From an uncultured bacterium (GTDB lineage Bacteria; Patescibacteriota; Minisyncoccia; Moranbacterales; UBA2206), in the NCBI GenBank assembly GCA_903937035.1, contig CAIZXS010000012.1, positions 18,314 to 82,313 of the forward strand: 64,000 bases of DNA. The letters run 5' to 3'. Made by a program: the position numbers and the translations under genes. Below the pieces are notes generated by a model. That model had not been told where the DNA came from. It made no database searches and saw only the letters and a program-made list of their open reading frames with translations. This document shows, piece by piece, positions 1 through 7,727 of the stretch (position 1 is the stretch's first letter; every line of letters starts with the position of its first letter).

Positions 1-28
1 AAATTAATAAATAATAAATTTTAAACTA

Positions 29-1108
29 ATGGAAACAGAAAAAAAAGAGCCCACGGAGGCTGAGTGCTGTGAGAAGGGGACATGTGGTTGCGAAAAGTAT
101 AAGAAATTTATGCCAAAGATAATTGCGATTGCGCTTTTGGTTATTGCGGCAGGAGGATTTAGTTATTACAAATTAGTTTGGCAAAAACGCAATTTAAGCC
201 AAGCACAAGCAAAAACAAAGGTTGAGGATTTCATCAATAAGAATTTGATGCAGGGAGGAATGAAGGCTAATATAACTTCAGTTGCCAAAGAGAACGGAAT
301 GTTTAAAGTGATGGTAGAAATTGGTGAAGGTGCACAAAAGCAAGAAATAACTTCTTATCTATCAACCGATGGGTCCAAATTTTTTCCTAGCGTGATGGAT
401 ATTGCGGAAACGGAAAAGAAAATGGCTGATCAAAAACCAGCCGAAACTAAGCCTGCTGCAGAAATTCCTAAGACTGATAAGCCAACGGTAGAGCTTTTCG
501 TGATGAGCTATTGTCCATATGGAACTCAGATCGAAAAAGGTATCTTGCCAGTAGTGGATGCGCTTGGAGCGAAGATTGATTACACAATGAAATTTGTTAG
601 CTATGCAATGCATGAAAAGAAGGAAATTGACGAGAATTTGAAGCAATATTGTATCCAGAAGAACGAGCCTAAAAAGTTAAGCGCCTATCTTAAATGCTTT
701 TTAAAGGATGATACTAAGGCGGCTGACTGTCTAAAAACTACTCTGATTAATCCAACAACGCTTAGTAGCTGTATTGCTGCTACGGATAAGCAGTTTAAGA
801 TTACGGAAAGTTATAATGACAAAGCATCTTGGAGTAACGGAAGCTTCCCTCCTTTCAATGTTGATAAGGACGCTAATGATAAATATGGCGTAAAGGGTTC
901 CCCGACACTTGTGATCAATGGTGTTGAGGCTTCTGCTGCCGGACGAGACGCTGCTAGCCTTTTGAAAACTATCTGTTCTGGATTCAAGACTGCACCAAAG
1001 GAATGTTCAGTAACACTTTCAGCTACAGCTCCTGCACCAGGTTTTGGTGAGGGCGCTGCTCCTGCCGGAGGCGCTGCTCCTGCTGCTGGCGCTGCTTGCG
1101 GAAACTAG
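29..1108 (+). CDS. Membrane-anchored thioredoxin/DsbA-like protein
   Basis: N-terminal TM (IIAIALLVIAAGGF), FVMSYCPYG active-site-like motif, cis-Pro-like GSPTLVING, Ala/Gly-rich tail. Confidence 0.7.
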   Translation: METEKKEPTEAECCEKGTCGCEKYKKFMPKIIAIALLVIAAGGFSYYKLVWQKRNLSQAQAKTKVEDFINKNLMQGGMKANITSVAKENGMFKVMVEIGEGAQKQEITSYLSTDGSKFFPSVMDIAETEKKMADQKPAETKPAAEIPKTDKPTVELFVMSYCPYGTQIEKGILPVVDALGAKIDYTMKFVSYAMHEKKEIDENLKQYCIQKNEPKKLSAYLKCFLKDDTKAADCLKTTLINPTTLSSCIAATDKQFKITESYNDKASWSNGSFPPFNVDKDANDKYGVKGSPTLVINGVEASAAGRDAASLLKTICSGFKTAPKECSVTLSATAPAPGFGEGAAPAGGAAPAAGAACGN

Positions 1109-1130
1109 ATTTGAAAGCTTAGTTTTAAGA

Positions 1131-1162
1131 AAGAAAAGTCCCGATTAGTCGGGACTTTTCTT
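1131..1162 (+). terminator. Intrinsic terminator
   Basis: Perfect 14-bp stem aagaaaagtcccga/tcgggacttttctt followed by T-rich run. Confidence 0.85.
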
Positions 1163-1178
1163 GTTTGTTTAGAGATAC

Positions 1179-1216
1179 TTGACAGTGTTAATGTATCAAT
1201 GATAAAATAACACTGT
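1179..1216 (+). promoter_or_regulatory. Sigma70-type promoter of lexA with overlapping palindromic operator candidate
   Basis: TTGACA 1179-1184, TGaTAAAAT ending at 1208; ACAGTGTTA-N17-TAACACTGT at 1182-1216. Confidence 0.6.
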
Positions 1217-1229
1217 AATTATTAAATTC

Positions 1230-1352
1230 ATCCCCCACCACTTTTTTACTCGCATTTACAATGCGGATAGGGGCTAGGTTTCAGGAATATTTATCACATG
1301 CACCGATTGTAATTGTGAATTAAAGTCCAAAAGTAAAAAAGTGGTGGGGGAT
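1230..1352. repeat. 123-bp element with perfect 21-bp terminal inverted repeats in the lexA leader
   Basis: atcccccaccacttttttact (1230-1250) / agtaaaaaagtggtgggggat (1332-1352). Confidence 0.85.
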
Positions 1353-1359
1353 AAAAAAT

Positions 1360-2019
1360 ATGATTCTAACTGCAAAACAACAAAACATTCTCGAATCCAT
1401 CCGGGAATTAATCAGTCAGGGCAAAGAAAACCCAACTAGTTATCGTTTGCAAAAATTTCTGGAATCCCAAGGTGTGAAAGATAGTTTGAAATCAGTTATG
1501 CAGGTGATTGAGTCATTGGAAAAAAAGGATCTCATCAAGCGAGATAAGAACAAAAAAATTTATCTGATTGAAAACGAGAACTACACGAACTTCAAAAATA
1601 TTTTTTCTGTTCCAGTATACGGCCTGGCTTCTTGTGGAGAAGCTTTGGCTTATGCGCAGGATAATGTGGATGGCTTCTTGCAGATTTCTAAAGCACTTTT
1701 TCGCGATAAGGACGAATCGCTTTTGTTTGCAGTAAAGGCGCTTGGTGACTCGATGGATAAAGAAAAAATCAATGACGGAGACTATGTTATTTTTGAAAAA
1801 TATGAACATCAAGAAGAATTGGAAGGCAAAATTGTTGTTGCGGTGGTCAACGGCATGGCAACGATTAAGCGTTACAAGAAAGTCAGTGAGGATGTGATTG
1901 GACTTTTCCCAAAATCGACCAATCCGATTCATCAGCCGATTTTCATCCACAAATCCGATTCTTTCATTTTTGCGGGAATTTTCAGAAAAGTTTTGCCGGT
2001 GAAGTATGTCAGCCTATAA
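1360..2019 (+). CDS. lexA: LexA-family repressor (winged HTH plus S24 peptidase)
   Basis: LTAKQQNIL N-terminus, VYGLASCG cleavage region, GDSM Ser and ATIKR Lys catalytic dyad; uvrA and uvrC nearby. Confidence 0.85.
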   Translation: MILTAKQQNILESIRELISQGKENPTSYRLQKFLESQGVKDSLKSVMQVIESLEKKDLIKRDKNKKIYLIENENYTNFKNIFSVPVYGLASCGEALAYAQDNVDGFLQISKALFRDKDESLLFAVKALGDSMDKEKINDGDYVIFEKYEHQEELEGKIVVAVVNGMATIKRYKKVSEDVIGLFPKSTNPIHQPIFIHKSDSFIFAGIFRKVLPVKYVSL

Positions 2020-2103
2020 ATTATAGGCTTGACAAAATGGCTTTTTTGACGCTATGGTTTAGCTAGATGGGTTTTTTAACATTTTTTCACAGGAGGTGGG
2101 AAT

Positions 2104-2355
2104 ATGGGATTTGCAAGTTTTAAAGTTGTGGTGTCGAGCTCTAAGAATTTATTTGAGCTTCTGGAAAGAGTCAAAAAAAATGATTTTGAGTTAGGGGGAA
2201 AAATTTCCTCCGCAAAAGTTGGGAAGCACATTAATATTAAGGAGCTTTCAAATGAAGAGACTATGAAAAAAGTCATTCTCATTGCCGGAGAGACTGTCAT
2301 TTTTTATTCTTCAATGCAAGAATTCTCAGTCGATGTTTTTCCTGACATGGTGTGA
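2104..2355 (+). CDS. Small hypothetical protein
   Basis: AGGAGG SD, upstream TTGACA at 2029; resembles the next ORF. Confidence 0.65.
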   Translation: MGFASFKVVVSSSKNLFELLERVKKNDFELGGKISSAKVGKHINIKELSNEETMKKVILIAGETVIFYSSMQEFSVDVFPDMV

Positions 2356-2382
2356 AGCTTTAATATTTGAAAAGGAGGGTGC

Positions 2383-2622
2383 ATGGCGGATAGAATTGAA
2401 GGAGCGGTTCGTAATTCAAGGACCGCAAGTGCAGTCCTAGAAAATCTCAAAAAGACTAATCCTCTCGATCATGCAAGAGTTGGATCGATGGAGATTGGTT
2501 TTGGGAAGAACATTGATCTAAGATATCTTCCTGCCAGTGATTTTATTTTTGAGGGTGAGCGAGTAGTTTTTTACCCCAAGCCAGGCGAGTCTTTTATCGC
2601 AAGTTTCTTTATTGACAGATAA
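2383..2622 (+). CDS. Small hypothetical protein, paralog of 2104..2355
   Basis: AAGGAGG SD, shared motifs, followed by a long hairpin. Confidence 0.65.
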   Translation: MADRIEGAVRNSRTASAVLENLKKTNPLDHARVGSMEIGFGKNIDLRYLPASDFIFEGERVVFYPKPGESFIASFFIDR

Positions 2623-2641
2623 ATTCGGAAGACTCAATCAA

Positions 2642-2688
2642 AAGCCAATTTTGTTTTTAGTGTTATTTTAGCTAAAGCAAAATTGGCT
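2642..2688 (+). terminator. Long hairpin, probable terminator
   Basis: aagccaattttg...caaaattggctt followed by T-rich run. Confidence 0.6.
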
Positions 2689-2761
2689 TAATTTTTTTTG
2701 ATTTGGCTTGCAGTGAAAGTCAAAAAGTTATAAACTGAAATATGCTAAAATATTTAAATTT

Positions 2762-5755
2762 ATGCAGGAAGAATTGATTATTCGCGGAGCGCGCGAACAC
2801 AATCTGAAAAATATTAACCTCAATTTACCAAGAGGTAAATTTGTTGTGTTTACTGGAATATCTGGTTCAGGGAAAAGTACGCTGGCTTTTGATACGATTT
2901 TTGCCGAGGGACAAAGACGCTATTTGGAAAGTCTTTCTAGCTATGCGCGGCAGTTTTTGGGTCAAATGGGAAAACCGGAAGTGGATTCGATTGAGGGCCT
3001 CAGTCCTGCGATTTCGATTGACCAAAAAGCCGCTTCACACAATCCGCGCTCAACTGTGGGCACAGTGACGGAAATTCATGACTATTTGCGCTTGCTTTAT
3101 GCGAAAATTGGCACCGCGCATTGTCCGATTTGCAACCGGGAAATCGTGAAACTTTCCACAGATGAGATTGTGGACAGAATTTTGAATATTTGTACGGAGG
3201 AGGGCAAGAAATCGGCCAAGGATAATTGTGCAATTGAAATTTTTTCTCCAATTGTGCGAGAGCGCAAAGGTGAATATTCCACGCTTTTGGAGGAGATGTT
3301 TCGGCGTGGTTTTTCCACTGCGTTTGTGAATGGAAAAAAGCATGTCCTGGATGAAAAGATTGGGACGCGGGTAAAATTGGAACGCTACAAAAAACATAAT
3401 ATTGACATTTTGGTCGACAAAGTGGAAATAAATTCAGAGAATATTTCACGGATTTTTGAAGGCGTCGAGCAGGCACTGAAACTTTCCAAGGGTATTGTCA
3501 GAATAAAATTTCAAAATCCTAATTTCCAATTTCAAACCAAATCCAAAGTTCAAAATTCTAATGACAAAAAAGATAAAGAAATAAAAAAAGTTAAGGATGG
3601 AGAAAAAGATAAAATCAGCGAGATGATTTTTAATCAGAATTTTTCTTGCCCGGTGCATGAGGTGGATTTTCCCGAGCTCGAGCCGCGTTTGTTTTCTTTC
3701 AATAGCCCGTTTGGGGCTTGTCCATCTTGCGAAGGCTTGGGCGTGAAAAAGGAAATTGATCCCGATTTGGTTGTACCGGATATGAATAAAACCATCGCCG
3801 AAGGTGGAATCATGCCATGGAGTTACAAAAAAAATAACTGGCAGGGGACGATTTTGCGGGCTGTTACTAACTTCTATCACATCCGCGACAACGTGCGTTT
3901 GCGTGATTTATCGGAAGATGATTTTAATACTTTGCTCTATGGTGGACCTGACGCTGAGGATATGATTTCCGAAGACGCGGCCGATGAAATCCCCGTGACT
4001 CTGCGCAGCAAAACCGGATCAAGTTGGAAGTATAATATGCGTTGGCGGGGAGTGGTTGGTTATCTGCAGGAGCGTTATCTCAAAACGGATTCGGAAGGCG
4101 TGCGCACTGACATTGAAAAATACATGTCGCAAAATCCTTGTTCGACTTGTCTCGGGTCACGCTATAAAAAAGAAGTCTTGCTTGTGACCGTGGGAAATAA
4201 AAATATCCAAGAAGTTTCCATGATCAGCGTGCGGGAGACTTTAGATTTTTTTCAGAAAATAAAGTTTAGTAAACGCGAAGAACTGATTGCGAGCAGAATT
4301 CTCAAGGAAATTCAAAATCGCTTGGGTTTTTTACAAGATGTTGGTCTCGGGTATCTCTCGCTTGGTCGCGCGGCGAACACCCTGGCCGGTGGAGAGTCGC
4401 AACGCATTCGATTGGCTTCGCAAATCGGCTCACAGCTCGTTGGCGTGCTCTATATCCTCGATGAGCCATCGATTGGTCTTCATGCTCGTGACAACGCCAA
4501 GTTGCTCGCTACGCTCTTGCAATTACGCGATGTGGGAAATACTTTGATTGTGGTGGAGCACGACGAAGAAACAATGCGCGCGGCGGATTATCTAGTGGAC
4601 ATTGGACCGGGAGCGGGAAAACATGGCGGAGAAATTGTAGCGGAAGGCTCACCCGAAGAAGTGTTGAAAAGTGAAAAATCCTTGACGGCTAAATATTTAC
4701 GCGGTGATTTGCAGATCGAAATTCCTAATTTTCGGCGACCTTTGAAAAACAAAAAAACACTCGTAGTGCGGGGAGCACGCGAGCATAATTTGCAAAATAT
4801 CACTGTGTCATTTCCATTGAAAGTTTTGACTTGTGTGACGGGCGTGTCTGGGTCAGGAAAATCTACGCTTGTGGAAGATATTCTCTATAAAGCCCTGTCG
4901 GCCAAAATTATGCGTTCCTTGGAGCGACCAGGTAAACATAGTGAAATTGTCGGCGATCATTATCTCAACAAAGTGATTATGATTGATCAGTCGCCGATTG
5001 GTCGCACGCCCAGATCGAATCCGGCGACCTACACGGGTCTGTTTACTGCCATTCGCGAACTATTCGCCGAAACGCGCGACGCCAAAGCGAAAGGTTATTT
5101 GCCGGGAAGATTTTCCTTTAATGTTAAAGGTGGACGTTGCGATAATTGTCAGGGTGATGGGTATAACAAAATTGAAATGCAGTTTATGCCGGATGTCTAT
5201 CTTCCCTGTGATGTTTGTGCTGGAAAAAGATATAATAGCGAAACGCTCAAAGTGAAGTATCGTGATAAAAATATTGCCGATGTACTAGCCCTGACCATTT
5301 CCGAAGCCCGCGAATTTTTTGCTAATTTTCACGACATCGCGGACAAACTGAAAGTTCTCGAAGATGTCGGCTTGGGCTACATTCAACTCGGCCAATCCGC
5401 CACGACACTTTCCGGGGGAGAGGCCCAACGCATCAAGCTTTCCACCGAACTTTCTAGGCGAGCGACAGGGGATACACTCTACATTTTAGACGAACCGACA
5501 ACTGGCTTGCATTTTGATGACATTAAAAAACTACTAGGCATTCTCAATCGCTTGGTTGATGCAGGAAATACGGTTATTGTTATTGAACATAATTTAGACG
5601 TAATCAAAACCGCCGATTGGATTATTGATCTGGGACCGGAAGGTGGTAAAGAAGGTGGAAAGGTAATTGTCAGTGGTACGCCGGAAGAGGTGGCGAAGTG
5701 GCATAAGGAGAGTTGGACGGGGAAATATTTGAAGGAAGTTTTGAATAAAAAATAA
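2762..5755 (+). CDS. uvrA: Excinuclease ABC subunit A
   Basis: GAREHNLKN, two Walker A motifs ([16 protein letters not shown]), LAGGESQR and LSGGEAQR signatures, Zn fingers. Confidence 0.98.
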   Translation: MQEELIIRGAREHNLKNINLNLPRGKFVVFTGISGSGKSTLAFDTIFAEGQRRYLESLSSYARQFLGQMGKPEVDSIEGLSPAISIDQKAASHNPRSTVGTVTEIHDYLRLLYAKIGTAHCPICNREIVKLSTDEIVDRILNICTEEGKKSAKDNCAIEIFSPIVRERKGEYSTLLEEMFRRGFSTAFVNGKKHVLDEKIGTRVKLERYKKHNIDILVDKVEINSENISRIFEGVEQALKLSKGIVRIKFQNPNFQFQTKSKVQNSNDKKDKEIKKVKDGEKDKISEMIFNQNFSCPVHEVDFPELEPRLFSFNSPFGACPSCEGLGVKKEIDPDLVVPDMNKTIAEGGIMPWSYKKNNWQGTILRAVTNFYHIRDNVRLRDLSEDDFNTLLYGGPDAEDMISEDAADEIPVTLRSKTGSSWKYNMRWRGVVGYLQERYLKTDSEGVRTDIEKYMSQNPCSTCLGSRYKKEVLLVTVGNKNIQEVSMISVRETLDFFQKIKFSKREELIASRILKEIQNRLGFLQDVGLGYLSLGRAANTLAGGESQRIRLASQIGSQLVGVLYILDEPSIGLHARDNAKLLATLLQLRDVGNTLIVVEHDEETMRAADYLVDIGPGAGKHGGEIVAEGSPEEVLKSEKSLTAKYLRGDLQIEIPNFRRPLKNKKTLVVRGAREHNLQNITVSFPLKVLTCVTGVSGSGKSTLVEDILYKALSAKIMRSLERPGKHSEIVGDHYLNKVIMIDQSPIGRTPRSNPATYTGLFTAIRELFAETRDAKAKGYLPGRFSFNVKGGRCDNCQGDGYNKIEMQFMPDVYLPCDVCAGKRYNSETLKVKYRDKNIADVLALTISEAREFFANFHDIADKLKVLEDVGLGYIQLGQSATTLSGGEAQRIKLSTELSRRATGDTLYILDEPTTGLHFDDIKKLLGILNRLVDAGNTVIVIEHNLDVIKTADWIIDLGPEGGKEGGKVIVSGTPEEVAKWHKESWTGKYLKEVLNKK

Positions 5756-5765
5756 CACAATAAAG

Positions 5766-5954
5766 TGTCATCCCTGCGACCGCGTGCCGCCTTAGCTTTA
5801 GCGGTGGAGCAAGGCGGGGATCCAGGCACCTCGGGTCATAAGAAAAGAAAAACGAGATTTACTGGTTAAAAAATAAAAGTTAGAAGATTTATAATTCGAT
5901 TTTCCAGGGCTTAAAACTAGTGGAACCTAGATTCCCGCCTCCGCGGGAATGACA
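5766..5954. repeat. GTCAT(T/C)CC..GGGA(A)TCCAG / CTAGATTCCCGC..GCGGGAATGAC paired palindromic element with a nested insert
   Basis: Arms at 5767-5825 and 5927-5953; relatives at 43398-43605 and 48717-48743. Confidence 0.8.
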
Positions 5955-5982
5955 GAGATGAGGGTTTTCAGGGAAAAAATAA

Positions 5983-6023
5983 AAGGCAGAAGTTTCATGA
6001 CAATGTCATAAAATTTCTGCCTT
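5983..6023. terminator. Long imperfect palindrome between convergent genes
   Basis: aaggcagaagtttcatgaca-a-tgtcataaaatttctgcctt. Confidence 0.55.
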
Positions 6024-6041
6024 CACAAGGGACTTTTTGAC

Positions 6042-6260
6042 TTAACATCGATGGCCATAAAACAAAAATGACCATAGTGACAGTATTATCCATGGCAGGT
6101 TAATTATAATAAATATGAACAGAGCAATCTTCCTTGTCTTGTTGCTATATTCACTATCATTAAACTGTTCGGCTAAAATTCCTACGTAGAGTCCATAGGG
6201 AAATCCAATTATCCATAGAAAGAAATAAGTTAGGACAAAAGTATTCAATAACGTGTTCAT
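6042..6260 (-). CDS. Small two-TM membrane protein
   Basis: Two hydrophobic helices; GAAAGGAGGT SD upstream on the minus strand. Confidence 0.65.
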   Translation of the reverse strand: MNTLLNTFVLTYFFLWIIGFPYGLYVGILAEQFNDSEYSNKTRKIALFIFIIINLPWIILSLWSFLFYGHRC

Positions 6261-6362
6261 GCGTTTTTTTACCTCCTTTCGTGGCTATATTTTTTCGTTT
6301 TTTCTAGCTTTTCTCATGTTGTTGTCAAAGAGGATATTGTAATGTAGCTTGTATCTATACAA

Positions 6363-7610
6363 ATGTCAACTACTAAAATTGCTAAAAAACTAAAAAGTCT
6401 GCCAACTTCTCCTGGTGTCTACATCTTCAAAAATGATGCGGAGGTTATTTTATATGTGGGAAAAGCGACGTCGCTAAAAGACAGGGTTTCGTCATATTTT
6501 CAAAGTCGCAGTGGCTATGCTCGGCCAATCGAGATGTTTATGGACCAAGTCGCGGATATTGAAGTTCGGAAAACAGAAACAGTCCTCGAGGCATATATTT
6601 TGGAGCAGGAACTGATCAAGAATTGGCAGCCGAAGTTTAATGTGGATGGAAAAGATGATAAATCATTTTCTTATGTTGCAATTACAAAAGAAGATTTTCC
6701 ACGCATATTATTTTTACGAAAAAGAGAGATAGATCAAGATAGCGAAATAAAATCAAAATTTAGCAAAATCTATGGGCCATATATCTCAAAGAAAAATATT
6801 GAAATCGCACTGAAGATTCTCAGAAAAATTTTTCCTTATCATTCCAAAGTGCAAAAAACAGAGAAGGGTTGTTTGGATTTTCAGATTGGACTTTGTCCTG
6901 GGCCGTATGCTGGGGCGATTTCGAAAGATGATTATGCGAAAAATATTAGGGGAATCAAGATGATTTTAGCGGGGAAGAAAAAAGGTCTTATTGCCAAGAT
7001 GAAAAAGGAAATGTCGGATCTGAGTGAGAAACAAGAATTTGAAAAGGCTGGGAAGGTGAGAAATGCGATTTTTGCGTTGCAGTATATTCGCGATATTGCA
7101 CTCGTGTCATATAGTATGAAACATGAAACATATAACAAAAATGCAAATACAAAATCATTTCGCATCGAGGGTTATGATATTTCGAATATTTCTGGACGGT
7201 CCAGTGTTGGGTCTATGGTTGTTTTTGATAATTCTCAAGGGGAAATGGTAGCGAACAAAAGTCAGTATCGCAAATTTAAAATTAAAACGGTGGAAGGTGC
7301 GAATGACACGGCTTCAATGGCGGAAATTTTGGGGCGCAGATTTGGGAATAATTGGCCGCGGCCAGATCTCATAATTTTAGACGGTGGACAAGGGCATCTC
7401 ACTGCTGTGAGGCGTGTGCTCAAGAATTTTCATCTGGAAATTCCACTGCTCGCTGTCGCCAAGGGACCAAAGCGCAAAAAACTAGACCGCTATGCTTTCG
7501 GCAGTGTGCCGGAAATTTCGGACGAAATCATCGAACGCGTCAGGGATGAGGCGCATCGGTTTGCGATTACGTATCATAAAAAATTGCGGGGGAAGAGTTT
7601 TATGGAATAG
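6363..7610 (+). CDS. uvrC: Excinuclease ABC subunit C, short form lacking the C-terminal HhH
   Basis: GIY-YIG (PGVYIF..LYVGKA), UVR domain, RIEGYDIS, LDGGQG, RDEAHRFAI. Confidence 0.95.
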   Translation: MSTTKIAKKLKSLPTSPGVYIFKNDAEVILYVGKATSLKDRVSSYFQSRSGYARPIEMFMDQVADIEVRKTETVLEAYILEQELIKNWQPKFNVDGKDDKSFSYVAITKEDFPRILFLRKREIDQDSEIKSKFSKIYGPYISKKNIEIALKILRKIFPYHSKVQKTEKGCLDFQIGLCPGPYAGAISKDDYAKNIRGIKMILAGKKKGLIAKMKKEMSDLSEKQEFEKAGKVRNAIFALQYIRDIALVSYSMKHETYNKNANTKSFRIEGYDISNISGRSSVGSMVVFDNSQGEMVANKSQYRKFKIKTVEGANDTASMAEILGRRFGNNWPRPDLIILDGGQGHLTAVRRVLKNFHLEIPLLAVAKGPKRKKLDRYAFGSVPEISDEIIERVRDEAHRFAITYHKKLRGKSFME

Positions 7611-7615
7611 TTCCA

Positions 7616-7676
7616 GAACTTACGCCTTTGTTGAAAAGTTTTCAGCTATAGAATCAGCTTTTACTTGTTGGCGAAA
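7616..7676 (+). repeat. Degenerate partial copy of the ACTTACGC hairpin repeat
   Basis: aacttacgcctttgttgaaaagtt resembles aacttacgcgtttgtccggaaaaagtt at 22144. Confidence 0.4.
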
Positions 7677-7727
7677 ATATGGTATTATTTTAGTATGCTT
7701 TCGGTTTAAAATGACTATATTTTGCGG

